A stretch of 64,000 nucleotides of DNA from Trueperaceae bacterium (GTDB lineage Bacteria > Deinococcota > Deinococci > Deinococcales > Trueperaceae): the NCBI GenBank assembly GCA_965214405.1, contig OZ243956.1, positions 3,136,001 to 3,200,000 of the forward strand, written 5' to 3'. Below the pieces are notes generated by a model. It was given only the letters and a program-made list of their open reading frames with translations, made no database searches and had not been told where the DNA came from. Position 1 is the first letter of the stretch, and the number at the start of each line of letters is the position of its first letter. Below are positions 10,522-20,437 of this stretch, piece after piece. Position numbers and translations under genes: made by a program.

Positions 10522-11531
10522 GGGCGCGAGAGGCGATCCTCGAGGCCCGCGACTTAGGCAAAGACTTTCACGCGGGCGGTCCGCTCTCGCGCCAGGTGGT
10601 CAAGGCGGTCCAGGAAGCGTCCGTCAAGCTCTATCCGGGTCACGTCACGGCGTTGGTGGGCGAGAGCGGCAGCGGCAAGAGCACGCTCGCCCGGATGCTG
10701 GCGCAACTTTATAAGCCAACCAGGGGCGAGATTATTTTTAGGGGCAAAAACGTCCTCGAGGGCCGCGGGCGCAAGAAGGAGCTCGACTACCGCAACCGGG
10801 TGCAGATGATTTTTCAGGACCCCTTCAGCTCGCTCAATCCCGTTCACCAGGTTCATCATCCCCTCCGGCGCGCGCTCAAGATTCACGGCAAAAAGGGGGA
10901 CAGCAAGGCCCTTTTGAGCCTGCTCGAGCGCGTCGCCCTCACCCCGGTCGAAGACTTTATCGACAAATACCCGCACCAGCTTTCGGGCGGGCAGCGCCAG
11001 CGCATCGCCATCGCGCGGGCGCTGGCGGTCGAGCCGGACGTTATTTTGGCCGACGAGCCCATCTCGATGCTCGACGTGTCCATCCGCATGGGCGTCTTGA
11101 ACCTCATGGCGCGACTCCGCGACGACTTTAATATCGCGTTTCTTTACGTGACCCACGACCTCGCCAGCGCCCGCTATTTTGCCGACGACACGCTCGTCAT
11201 GTACGCCGGGCGCATCGTCGAGGCCGCGCCGAGCGAAAGTCTGGTGCAAGACCCCAAACACCCGTACACGCAACTCCTGCTCTCCGCCGTACCCGACCCG
11301 GAGCGCGGCCTGCGCACCGACACCGTTGAGGCCGAGGGGGAGGTGCCCAACCTGACCGAAATCGGGCCGGGCTGCCCCTTCGCGCCGCGCTGCCCGCACG
11401 TCATGGCGCGCTGCCACGAGGCCATGCCGCCCGTGACCACCCTCTCCGCCGAGCGCTGGACGCGCTGTTACTTGTACGAGCCGGGCACAGAAGACGGCCC
11501 CCGGCCCGCCGCCACGCCGAGCCTGAGTTAG
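10518..11531 (+). CDS. ABC ATPase (DppF/OppF-like)
   Basis: GESGSGKST, LSGGQRQR and DEP motifs; GTG 10518 overlaps the upstream TGA. Confidence 0.92.
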   Translation: MRAREAILEARDLGKDFHAGGPLSRQVVKAVQEASVKLYPGHVTALVGESGSGKSTLARMLAQLYKPTRGEIIFRGKNVLEGRGRKKELDYRNRVQMIFQDPFSSLNPVHQVHHPLRRALKIHGKKGDSKALLSLLERVALTPVEDFIDKYPHQLSGGQRQRIAIARALAVEPDVILADEPISMLDVSIRMGVLNLMARLRDDFNIAFLYVTHDLASARYFADDTLVMYAGRIVEAAPSESLVQDPKHPYTQLLLSAVPDPERGLRTDTVEAEGEVPNLTEIGPGCPFAPRCPHVMARCHEAMPPVTTLSAERWTRCYLYEPGTEDGPRPAATPSLS

Positions 11532-11555
11532 AGGTCAGACGATAAGGAGCAGACC

Positions 11556-13136
11556 GTGTCACAGCTAAAAATCCTCACCCTCGCCACCTTGTTGATGCTC
11601 GCGTCGTCAGGGGCGCAGCGTAGCCACGAAGCAAGCCGGGAAGCTCGAGCCGATTCGACCTCAACTCACCAAAGCACGCTTCCCAGCAGCGGCGACGCTG
11701 CGGCGCAACGCGCCCACGTCTGGAGCCTGTGGGCGAGCTTGACCGAACGCGGCGGTGTAGGAGACGACGTGGAAGACGGTGTAGAAGACGGCGTAGGAAA
11801 CAGCGTAGGACTGGCGGGTTGGGAAAGCTGGTACCGCGCCGACGAAATCTTCACGCCCAACCCAAGCGTGTGTCAGGGCGAGGCTGAGGCCCCGCGAGCA
11901 CCCGAGCGTCAGTTCGAGTCGTTGGTGCAGTTGGAGGGAACGCCCGAGGATATAGGGGAGTCGAATCTGACGTTCGTGATGTATAACGAGGCTGCCTGTA
12001 GGCACATCATCGAGAACGGCTACCACCTCCGCTCGACCCTTGACGGCCTTTTGGCTGCCGACACAGCGGACATCGCGCCCTTCCCCAAAGAAAGCATGAT
12101 CGTAAAAACGTTCTGGGTTCCCGTCAACGGCCAAGAACTCTCGCCGCTGCCCGTCTGGGACGATAGTTCAGACGCCACAGACGGCGCGACCAACAGCCTG
12201 CCGACCTGGGAGCGGATTGTGCTGATCGACGCCACGGGCGAACGCGTAGGGGAGACCGTCGCGCACTACACGCTGCCCGACGGCTCGAGGAGCTACCAAA
12301 ACGTCAAGGTCGTTGGCCTTAATGACTTTTATCACACCCCTTTTGACGAAGCGACGGTCCACTACCTGCGAAGAACGATCGCCAGCAGCAAAAGCGCCAG
12401 GGTCGTGTTTCATTCCGGAGTGGCCTATCCCCTAACGCCGACCACCTTCTTTTTGGGGCGCGACCCGCAGACGGGCGACTACGCCGCTCTGGTCGCGCTG
12501 CACCTCACCACCAAAGAGACGCCCGAATGGCTCTGGGCGACCTTTTGGTGGCACGACGAGGCTCAGAAAAGCCCCTATGGCGCCGACGTTGCGGGTGTCC
12601 GGCCGCCCTTTAGCCACTACAAGATGGATGTCGCGTTCGACATGGTAACGCCGCTCGAGGCCGACGGCTCGCCCAACGCCGTCTACAATCCCTACATGGA
12701 GCTTGGTCTACCCGGCGGCGCCGCCTCGAACTGTATGAGCTGCCACGCTCGAGCAACCCATACGGCGAGCGCGGACTCGCTGCTTTTTTCGACCCGCCGG
12801 GACGTGGCGAACGCCGTAAGCAGCCTCAACCGTGGGAAGCTTCCAGCCGTTCTCGGGGACGGGATACGGGAGCGCGCCTTTGCCGTTGCCGATGACGCCC
12901 TCGTCAAGGAGACGGAAAGCGGCTGGGAAATCACCAACGGCGTTGAGCCCCAGTTCGTCATCGAGAGAGCGGAGGACGGAGCCACCCTAAGGGTAAAGAG
13001 CACCGCTTTTACGCCTCTTACCGTCGGCAATATCGATCCAACTTCAGCGTATTACGACGACCGGCTGCGCTCGGATTTTCTTTGGTCTATTCCCGTGAGA
13101 GCCGTGCCGGACGCGGCGGGGGCTGGGAGAGAATAA
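11556..13136 (+). CDS. Secreted hypothetical protein with a single CxxCH (possible c-type heme protein)
   Basis: N-terminal signal peptide; SNCMSCH; Trp-rich blocks WLWATFWW and DFLWS; SD AAGGAG. Confidence 0.65.
   Translation: MSQLKILTLATLLMLASSGAQRSHEASREARADSTSTHQSTLPSSGDAAAQRAHVWSLWASLTERGGVGDDVEDGVEDGVGNSVGLAGWESWYRADEIFTPNPSVCQGEAEAPRAPERQFESLVQLEGTPEDIGESNLTFVMYNEAACRHIIENGYHLRSTLDGLLAADTADIAPFPKESMIVKTFWVPVNGQELSPLPVWDDSSDATDGATNSLPTWERIVLIDATGERVGETVAHYTLPDGSRSYQNVKVVGLNDFYHTPFDEATVHYLRRTIASSKSARVVFHSGVAYPLTPTTFFLGRDPQTGDYAALVALHLTTKETPEWLWATFWWHDEAQKSPYGADVAGVRPPFSHYKMDVAFDMVTPLEADGSPNAVYNPYMELGLPGGAASNCMSCHARATHTASADSLLFSTRRDVANAVSSLNRGKLPAVLGDGIRERAFAVADDALVKETESGWEITNGVEPQFVIERAEDGATLRVKSTAFTPLTVGNIDPTSAYYDDRLRSDFLWSIPVRAVPDAAGAGRE
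11757..11810 (+). repeat. Imperfect in-frame 12-bp tandem repeat
   Basis: gtaggagacgac gtggaagacggt gtagaagacggc gtaggaaacagc gtagga, encoding VGDD VEDG VEDG VGNS VG. Confidence 0.6.
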
Positions 13137-13184
13137 ACACTTATGCTTTGTAGCGCGAAGCGACCCTTCTCAAACGGGTATCGC

Positions 13185-14564
13185 CTAGCGCCAGGGAAAA
13201 CCTATCTTACGCCAGGGCGAGCGAATCTCGCGGAGCACGTCGCGGGTGCGCCAGGCGTTGGTTTCTTGCACGGGGCGAAGGAAGCGCCACGCCTGAACGC
13301 GTAAGAAACCCGAGAGCACGAAAAGCGTGTGGTAGCCCGTCCAGGTGACGCCGTAGCGTTGAAAGTCGAAGCTCAAAAAGAGCGTCAGCAGCGGCCCCGA
13401 CAAGAGCCCGCCCGCGAAACCCGCCAGGCCGGTGGCGAGGCTGTAGACCGCGATAAAGGCGGCGCGTTCGCTTTTGGGCGCGCTCGAGAGCGCCAAGTTA
13501 AAAATAGCCGGGCCGATCGCGCCCCAGGCGAGCGCGTCAAAGACCGCGCTCGCCCAGATGAACTCGAGCCGGTCCGTGAGCCCCGCCAGAACCCAGCACA
13601 GGGGCAGCGCCGCGCCCGCCAGAACGGTGCCAATCGCCAGCACGACCTTGTTGCCGAAGCGGTCCGCCACCCGCCCCCACTGCGAGGTGGTCACAAGCGC
13701 ACAGGTTGAAGCAACCGCGCTCCAGACGGCGATGTGCGTAAAATTCATCTTCAGTTCACCGATAAAATAGGGAAACACAAAGGGTGCCGCCAAGAGCACC
13801 GCGCCTTGCCAATAGACCGCAAAAAGGAGAAAGCGCCTGAAGTTGGGTTCGCGCAGGGGCCGCGCCACCACGTCGCGGAGGCTGGCTTTATGTGGGGCGG
13901 CGGGCGGTTCAAAGTGAAAGCCGTAGAGAAGCACGCCCAAAAGCGCGCAGAGCACCGATACGAAAATAACCATTTGGAAGTTCACGGGCGCGGCGACGTG
14001 GTCCAAGAACCAGCCCGCGCCTAGGTTGGCCCCCATGCCGACCATCCCCACGATGCCCGCGCGGAGCCCGAAATAGCGCCCGCGTCGCCCCTCGGGAACG
14101 ACGTCGCCCATCCAGGCGGCCCAGAGCGTGCCCGCGCTCGCCTGAAAGAGGCTCGAGACCATAATCAGCGCGACCATAAACGTCGGCTGGAAGGTGGCGG
14201 GTACGCCCAAAAAAGGCAGGCACGCGGCCAGCAGCCAGAGCCCGCGGCCCAGCAGCGAGGCGCCGATGGTGAGCCCCTTGCGCTTGCCTATGAGCGCCGC
14301 CAACCAGGCCGCGAGCGGGCTCATCACTTGGGCCAAGAGGGGGACGCTCGAGATGAGCCCAATCTGGGTGGGCGACGCGCCCAAAAAGAGCATGTAACCG
14401 ATCAGCACGCTCCCCGAGGTCCAGTTGAGAAAAATCTGGGTGATGCTGCCCTCGGCGACCGAGAGGCTGAGAGTGCGCTGGACCGGGTCGGCGGCGCGTT
14501 GCGTGTGAGATCTCTGTGGGGCTTGCTGGAGTTTTGGCCGGTGGGCTCTGACGAAGGTAAACAT
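13185..14564 (-). CDS. MFS transporter
   Basis: About 12 hydrophobic segments; WGRVADRFGNK motif-A-like; VPEGRRGRYFG. Confidence 0.85.
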   Translation of the reverse strand: MFTFVRAHRPKLQQAPQRSHTQRAADPVQRTLSLSVAEGSITQIFLNWTSGSVLIGYMLFLGASPTQIGLISSVPLLAQVMSPLAAWLAALIGKRKGLTIGASLLGRGLWLLAACLPFLGVPATFQPTFMVALIMVSSLFQASAGTLWAAWMGDVVPEGRRGRYFGLRAGIVGMVGMGANLGAGWFLDHVAAPVNFQMVIFVSVLCALLGVLLYGFHFEPPAAPHKASLRDVVARPLREPNFRRFLLFAVYWQGAVLLAAPFVFPYFIGELKMNFTHIAVWSAVASTCALVTTSQWGRVADRFGNKVVLAIGTVLAGAALPLCWVLAGLTDRLEFIWASAVFDALAWGAIGPAIFNLALSSAPKSERAAFIAVYSLATGLAGFAGGLLSGPLLTLFLSFDFQRYGVTWTGYHTLFVLSGFLRVQAWRFLRPVQETNAWRTRDVLREIRSPWRKIGFPWR

Positions 14565-14776
14565 AAGCGAAAGAGAGTCTAGTTCTTTTTTGTCAGGAAA
14601 GCTACCCCTTTTGTGGCGTAGATTTCACACCCGTGACGCGTTTTGTGCCCGTTCCAGAAAAACCACACCGTGTCGGCTGCTTCACGCCCCGCCGCGCGCC
14701 TTGAGGTAAGGTTAAGGCTGTTTGGTCGTGCTTGATTCGCCGTGCCTGAAAACTTCCCGAACTTGCGTGAAAAAAC

Positions 14777-16081
14777 GTGCAGAGGTTCCTCTTGAAAACC
14801 GCCCGTAGCTCCGTTCCTTCCAGTCCCATTCCTTCCGCAGTCCCCTCCTTACAAAGCCGCGTCGTCAGCCGCTCGCCCGTCTACTACGGTTGGGTCATCC
14901 TCTTCGCAGGTACCTTCGGCATGATTATGACCACGCCCGGCCAGACGGTGGGCGTGTCCGTCTTTCTGGACAAAATCATCGCCGATTTGGGGCTGTCGCG
15001 CTCCGCCGTGTCGCTCCTGTACACGCTCGGCACGCTCGCGGGTTCCTTTTCGCTGCCCTTTGTGGGGCGCTTTATCGACCGGCGCGGCCCACGCGTTGCG
15101 GTCGTGGTGATTGCTGCGCTCTTCGCGCTCGCCTGCGTGTGGATGGGCTTTGTCGGGAGCTTAGTGGGGCTGCTCGTCGGTTTTACGCTCATCCGCGGAC
15201 TTGGTCAAGGCGCGCTCGGGCTGGTCAGCATCCACGTGATTAACATCTGGTTCGTGCGGCGGCGCGGGCTCTCGGTGGGCTTAGCCGGGGTGGGGGTGGC
15301 GCTGGCGACCGCGTTTTTTCCGAGTCTGATCGAGGGGCTTATCGGCACCTTCGGCTGGCGGGGCGCTTATATGCTCCTGGGCGCGCTCATCGCGGTGACG
15401 ATTTTGCCCGTCGGGGCGCTTCTTTTTCGCGGTCACCCCGAACGCTACGGTTTAGAACCCGACGGCAAAGTTAAGCAGGGCGCGCCCGCCGAGGCCGTGT
15501 TTACCGCCGCCGAAGCGCGCCGCACCGTGACCTTCTGGCTTTTTGCGCTCGGCGGTTTTTCGGTCGCGGCGCTCTCGACCGGGCTCATCTTTCACCACTA
15601 TTCGATTATGGCGGCGGGCGGCTTGGACCGGGTGGCGGCGGCGACGGTGTTCATCCCTCTGGGGTTTGTGGCGGCGGGGGCGAACCTGACGACGGGCTTT
15701 CTCATGGACCGCCTGCCGCCGCGGTTCTTGCTCAGCGTGTCGCTCGCGTTCCTTTGCGCGGCGTTGGCGCTGGCGACGCACGTCTCGAGCCCCCTCATCA
15801 TCCTCGCCTACGGCAGCCTCTTGGGGCTCATGCAGGGGATGAGCAACGCCATCCAGGCGAGCGTCTACGCGCACTATTTTGGCCGCAAGCATATCGGCTC
15901 CATCAAAGGCTTTACCTCGACCGTCGGCGTCGCGGGGGCCTCGGTCGGGCCGCTGCTCTTTGCGTTGGGAGAAAGCGCGTTTGGGGGCTACGGCCTCGTG
16001 TTGCTGCTGTCGGCACTCCTCCCCCTGACGCTCGCGCTGGCTGCGCCTTTTACCCGGCCTCCGCAGGGGGCGCTGCGTTAA
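14777..16081 (+). CDS. MFS transporter
   Basis: YYGW, GRFIDRRGPR, WFVRRRGL and YFGRKHIGSI motifs; start uncertain. Confidence 0.85.
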   Translation: MQRFLLKTARSSVPSSPIPSAVPSLQSRVVSRSPVYYGWVILFAGTFGMIMTTPGQTVGVSVFLDKIIADLGLSRSAVSLLYTLGTLAGSFSLPFVGRFIDRRGPRVAVVVIAALFALACVWMGFVGSLVGLLVGFTLIRGLGQGALGLVSIHVINIWFVRRRGLSVGLAGVGVALATAFFPSLIEGLIGTFGWRGAYMLLGALIAVTILPVGALLFRGHPERYGLEPDGKVKQGAPAEAVFTAAEARRTVTFWLFALGGFSVAALSTGLIFHHYSIMAAGGLDRVAAATVFIPLGFVAAGANLTTGFLMDRLPPRFLLSVSLAFLCAALALATHVSSPLIILAYGSLLGLMQGMSNAIQASVYAHYFGRKHIGSIKGFTSTVGVAGASVGPLLFALGESAFGGYGLVLLLSALLPLTLALAAPFTRPPQGALR

Positions 16082-16488
16082 ATCTCTGCGTTAGCGTCTG
16101 AAGAACTCAGGTGAGCCTCGAGCCTCCCCCTCAGTTCCCCAGGAATCCTCTTGGACCGCCCCGCCTCGTAGTCAAAAAGCACCACCACCGACGACACGTC
16201 GGCGGCAAGTTTCCCTTCTGCGTAGACTTCTTGAGCCAAAGTGACGCTCGAGTTGCCCACCCGCTCCACCTTTGTGAGCACGTACACCGCCTCTCTAAAC
16301 CTCACCTGACGGCGAAAGTCGAGCGCGATGCGGGCCAAAATGAGCCCCGCCACTTCGGCCCCCAAGTCGCTAAAGAACTCGAGCCGCGCGTGTTCGGCGT
16401 AAAAAGAATAGGCGGTGTTGTTGAGGTGTCCCAGCGCGTCGGTGTCGGCGAAACGAACCTGGATATCGGTGCGGTAAGGGGTCTGCAT
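16078..16488 (-). CDS. Acyl-CoA thioesterase (4HBT/YbgC hotdog family)
   Basis: VRFADTDALGHLNN motif. Confidence 0.9.
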   Translation of the reverse strand: MQTPYRTDIQVRFADTDALGHLNNTAYSFYAEHARLEFFSDLGAEVAGLILARIALDFRRQVRFREAVYVLTKVERVGNSSVTLAQEVYAEGKLAADVSSVVVLFDYEAGRSKRIPGELRGRLEAHLSSSDANAEI

Positions 16489-16492
16489 GAGG

Positions 16493-17338
16493 CTACCCTA
16501 CCGTTTTTGACCCCTTGAGCTTCTGACATTTCGGGCAATAGTGCGTGCCCCGCCCACCCACCACGGTGCGCGTGATGGGACTCCCACAACGCGAACAAGG
16601 CTCCTCGGCTTGGCCGTACGCTTCAAGCTCGCTCAGGTACGCGCCCACTTCTCCGTTGACGGTGCGATAGTCCTTGAGCGTCGTGCCTTGCACTTTGATG
16701 GAGGCCTCGAGCACGTCCTTGATGCACGTGACTAAAAGAGGAATCTGCCTCTTGGATACCTTGTTCGCCGGGGTCAGCGGGTGGATTTTGCTGCCCCACA
16801 GGGCCTCGTCCGCGTAGATATTGCCGACGCCCGCGACGGGCTTTTGGGAGAGCAAATATGTTTTGACAGGCGTGCTGGATTTTTGCAAGGCTCGAGCAAA
16901 TCCCTTCGCATTGAACTCATCCGACAACGGCTCCGGCCCCATCATGTGCAGCGTCGGCAGGGTTCGGTAGTCGCCTGTAGGCACGACCAGAAAACGCCCG
17001 AAGCGCCGCACGTCTTGAAAATAGAGCGCAGGGTGGTCACTGGGGTTTAGGTCACTGCGGCTTAGCTCGAGCCTCACCCGCACGTGTTTCTTGGGGTCTT
17101 CAGGCGTGATGATGCCGGTCATGCCAAGGTGAATGACGAGTTCGTCCTCACCCAGCGGTAAAAGCAAGAACTTTCCCCGTCTATTGACGGCGGTAATCGT
17201 TGCACCCACGGCGCGCTCGAGGCCAACATATTTCGGTCCCGGCACCGCGTCCGCGAGTTCGGCGGCGAGGATTTTCCGCCCCACAAGCCACGGTTCCAAC
17301 TCGCGCCTTACGGTTTCGACTTCAGGCAGTTCGGGGAT
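16493..17338 (-). CDS. mutM: Formamidopyrimidine-DNA glycosylase (Fpg)
   Basis: PELPEVETV N-terminus, HLGMTG, GVGNIYADE and a C-terminal CxxC...CxxC zinc finger. The codon before Pro is ATC (17338), proposed as the start. Confidence 0.93.
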   Translation of the reverse strand: MPELPEVETVRRELEPWLVGRKILAAELADAVPGPKYVGLERAVGATITAVNRRGKFLLLPLGEDELVIHLGMTGIITPEDPKKHVRVRLELSRSDLNPSDHPALYFQDVRRFGRFLVVPTGDYRTLPTLHMMGPEPLSDEFNAKGFARALQKSSTPVKTYLLSQKPVAGVGNIYADEALWGSKIHPLTPANKVSKRQIPLLVTCIKDVLEASIKVQGTTLKDYRTVNGEVGAYLSELEAYGQAEEPCSRCGSPITRTVVGGRGTHYCPKCQKLKGSKTVG

Positions 17339-18023
17339 AGCGAATCGTCCCTTCGTAGAGCGCCCGGCCCACAATGGCCCCCTCGAGCCCGAGGCGTTCG
17401 TAAATCTCTAAGTCCTCGTCCGCCGCGACGCCGCCGCCCGCCAGGAGCGTGTGGGGGAACGCCTCACGCATCTCCTTAACCGGCTCCGGGTCCACGCCGC
17501 GCAGGGTGCCGTCGCGCGAGATATCTGTATAAATCACCTGCGTAACACCCTGTGCGGCGACGCGCTGGGCAAGCTCGAGCGCCCCCACACCGCTCGTCTC
17601 CCCCCAGCCCCGCACCGCGACGCGCCCGTCTTTGGCGTCGATTGAGACGACCACGCGTTCTGAGCCAAACTCGTCCAGAAGCGCGTCAAGCATCTCCGGC
17701 TGCGTGACCGCCGCCGTGCCGATGACCACGCGGTCTACAAGGCCGAGCCAGGCTTGAGCCGTTTCCACATCCCGCACGCCGCCGCCCACTTCAATTTTGC
17801 AAGAGACCTCGCGCGCAATCTCCGCAATGACCTCACGGTTGGTCCCGCGTCCCGTGGCGGCGTCTAAATCTACCAGATGCAGCCACGCCGCCCCCAGCCC
17901 CGCCCAGTGCTGTGCGGCCTCCAAGGGACGGTCAAAATACACGGTCTCGCGCTCCGGGTCGCCCTCGAAGAGCCTGACCGCGCGGCCCTTCTGGATGTCT
18001 ACGCAGGGGATGAGTTCAAACAC
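17322..18023 (-). CDS. hisA: HisA isomerase (ProFAR isomerase)
   Basis: IPCVDI.KGRAVRL, HLVDLDAA, VGGGVR and YTDISRDGTL motifs. Confidence 0.92.
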   Translation of the reverse strand: MFELIPCVDIQKGRAVRLFEGDPERETVYFDRPLEAAQHWAGLGAAWLHLVDLDAATGRGTNREVIAEIAREVSCKIEVGGGVRDVETAQAWLGLVDRVVIGTAAVTQPEMLDALLDEFGSERVVVSIDAKDGRVAVRGWGETSGVGALELAQRVAAQGVTQVIYTDISRDGTLRGVDPEPVKEMREAFPHTLLAGGGVAADEDLEIYERLGLEGAIVGRALYEGTIRYPRTA

Positions 18024-18169
18024 GTTCTAAAGTATAAGCGTGCCCGTTGGGAGAGGCTGAAGTATGCCCTACGCGGGCGCTCCGTAGGGGAGAAGGAAAC
18101 GTGTTTGAGGTTGAGCTTTGAGTAAAAACTAAACGACTAAATGTAGCGACAACCGTGTATACTTTCAGT

Positions 18170-18430
18170 GTGTATGATTGGGATGAGGCGAACGAGGAGC
18201 ATATCGCGCTGCACGGCCTCGAGCCTGAGGAGGTCGAGGAGGCGATGGAGGACCCAAACCGTTTTTTCATCCCAACCTATAACATACCGACTGAGCGCCG
18301 CTACGGTCTTGTAGGTGCTACGGCTGGGGGACGCATTATCCGCGTGGTTTATACCCTTAGGAACGGTGGCTACCGCGTCATAACCGCCTACGATGCGAGT
18401 AAACCTGAAAGGAGACGTTACAGAAGATGA
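18170..18430 (+). CDS. BrnT-family toxin
   Basis: YDWDEANEEHI..HG, ERRY...G, VVYTLR...RVITA. GTG 18170 lies 6 nt after TATACT. Confidence 0.8.
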   Translation: MYDWDEANEEHIALHGLEPEEVEEAMEDPNRFFIPTYNIPTERRYGLVGATAGGRIIRVVYTLRNGGYRVITAYDASKPERRRYRR

Positions 18431-18759
18431 TAAAGCGACCTGAAAAAACCGAAGACGGCTTCACCATCGTCTACAGCAAAGATGATCTGCCCGTGTTCGA
18501 AAACGAACGTCAAGAGCATAATTTTTGGAGTACCCACGTTTGGAGTGAGGAGCTTATGGACGAAGCCGCGACTCAAGACTTCCCCGCGCCGCCCGTTCGC
18601 AAGCGCAGCACCAGCACCTCGCTACGTCTCGATGAGGATACGATAAAACGTCTTAGGTACCTTGCACGCAAAAAAGGCAAGGGCTACCAGACGCTCCTTA
18701 AAGAGTTCGTTGTTGAGCGACTTTACGAAGAAGAGAAGCGTGAGGGCGTGTTGGGTTAA
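18427..18759 (+). CDS. BrnA/CopG-type antitoxin
   Basis: Coupled to BrnT by an ATGA overlap; E..FW.TH and SLRLD...LA.KKG.GYQTLLK RHH-like C-terminus. Confidence 0.8.
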   Translation: MIKRPEKTEDGFTIVYSKDDLPVFENERQEHNFWSTHVWSEELMDEAATQDFPAPPVRKRSTSTSLRLDEDTIKRLRYLARKKGKGYQTLLKEFVVERLYEEEKREGVLG

Positions 18760-18807
18760 AGAGAGACTTTCACGAGGGTACTCTCAACTGATTATCTTTG
18801 GCCGCGT

Positions 18808-19158
18808 TTATCTGTTATTTGTCGCCTTGTTCAATCGGTTTAATAAAAGCTCTGCTTGGGATTCAGTCAAGCCTAACAAGAGCTTGAATCTTCCTTCAAA
18901 ATAGCTGCTCCTCAAAGCAACGTTTATAGCTCTTTTCAAGATTTCCACTTCTTCCGCCATGTCCGGGTATTTAAGCACTACACTTTGCCCACGTACCCTG
19001 AACAGTGCAATCATCTCATCAGCTTCAATGTCATCACCAAAGACGGCGGTGTATTCCTCAACTGAGAGGTGTGAAACTGCAAGCAGGTTGTCAATGAGGA
19101 CGAAGAGCTTTTTGAAAAATTTCCTTTCGGTATCGCTAAACTCGAGGGAGAAACGCAT
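18808..19158 (-). CDS. Hypothetical protein, low GC
   Basis: 116-aa ORF in AT-rich DNA, with no recognisable motif. Confidence 0.5.
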   Translation of the reverse strand: MRFSLEFSDTERKFFKKLFVLIDNLLAVSHLSVEEYTAVFGDDIEADEMIALFRVRGQSVVLKYPDMAEEVEILKRAINVALRSSYFEGRFKLLLGLTESQAELLLNRLNKATNNR

Positions 19159-19268
19159 TGCTATCTACGGTAGCACCTTATGGCATATGCTCGAGCCGCC
19201 CGTCTCCAACTCTGAGAAAGCGGTATGATTCACCTGTGCGTACGTTGCCGTTTGACGTTGACAAGCTA

Positions 19269-20188
19269 GGGTCTGTCTGACTAATCAAAGCCAGAGGATG
19301 ATGGAGGCGAGGAGCACACCAGCACGGTAGTTTCTGCCGCGTTTGTCGTAGCGGGTGGCAACGGCGCGAAAGTCTTTAAGTCGGTTGATGCAGCGTTCGA
19401 CCACGTTACGTCCTTTGTAGGCTTGCTTATCGAAAGCAGGAGGTCGTCCACCTTTTGTGCCCTTAGACAAGCGAGACTTCTTGGCATCTTCGCGCTCGGG
19501 GCTGATACAGATGATGCCCCTGCGCCTTAGTATCTTCCGCTGCTTGTTGAAACCATAAGCGCGGTCGAGTCTAAGCTGAGGGGGGCGCTTACGCGGTCGC
19601 CCTCTGCCAAGGCGGGGCACATAAATCTCGTCCAAGACCGGCTCTAGCCAAGCGGCGTCGTTGCGCTGTCCCGCCGTGATGACCACGGACAGGGGTCGCA
19701 CTTTGCCGTCCGCGCAGGTATGCACCTTGCTGGTGTGGCCTCCGCGTGAGTGTCCCAGCCACTCGTCTGCTAAGGTCCCCTTTTTTCACCCTCAGCAGGC
19801 CGCTTCCTCGCCCCGCTGGCGCTGCGGTGCGCTTTAATATGAGAGCTGTCTAACGCTGCGCCGTCCCAATCAATCTCACCCGCCGCATCGGCGTGAGCTT
19901 GAAGCCTGTGCAGGATGCGCTTCCAGACACCGTTGCGCTCCCACCTCGTGAAGCGGTCCCAGCAGGTCTGCCAAGGTCCGTAGCGTTCAGGAACGTCGCG
20001 CCAGGGAGCGCCTGTTTTCAAGCGCCACGAAATGCCGTTGATGACCTGTCGGTGGTTGCGGTAGTTGTGACCCCGTTGGGGATTGGGGGGTAGATGCGGT
20101 TTTAGTGCTTGCCACTGCTGCTCTTTTAGGTCTGTTCGTGCCATACGCCTACCCTAAACCATCTTCATCCCTTCTGTCAGACAGACCC
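19269..20188 (-). mobile_element. IS5-family insertion sequence (~920 bp)
   Basis: Perfect 13-bp terminal inverted repeats GGGTCTGTCTGAC / GTCAGACAGACCC; inserted at CTAG with a TA (or CTAG) duplication; two-ORF transposase. Confidence 0.93.
19285..20144 (-). CDS. IS5-family DDE transposase, orfA+orfB joined by a -1 shift at GAAAAAAGGGG (19777-19787)
   Basis: orfA has [11 protein letters not shown] and LDSSHIKAH. The -1 frame gives [13 protein letters not shown]...DRAY...[24 protein letters not shown]. Confidence 0.88.
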
Positions 20189-20437
20189 TAGCCGAGGTGT
20201 GTCGTCAAAACGACGTGGCGAAACTCAGCGTGTTCGGTTCGGTCGCGCGCGGCGAGGCGGGTGAAAAAAGCGACGTTGACTTTTTGATCGAATTCTCGAA
20301 GCCCAAAAGTTTGCTGAGTCTGGTGGCGGTAGAAAGGCGGATGTCGGCGGCGCTCGGTAAAAGGGTGGACCTGCTAACAGAAGCCGTGCTCAGCCCGTAC
20401 CTCCGCGACCAAATCAAACGCGACTCACGAATTGTCT

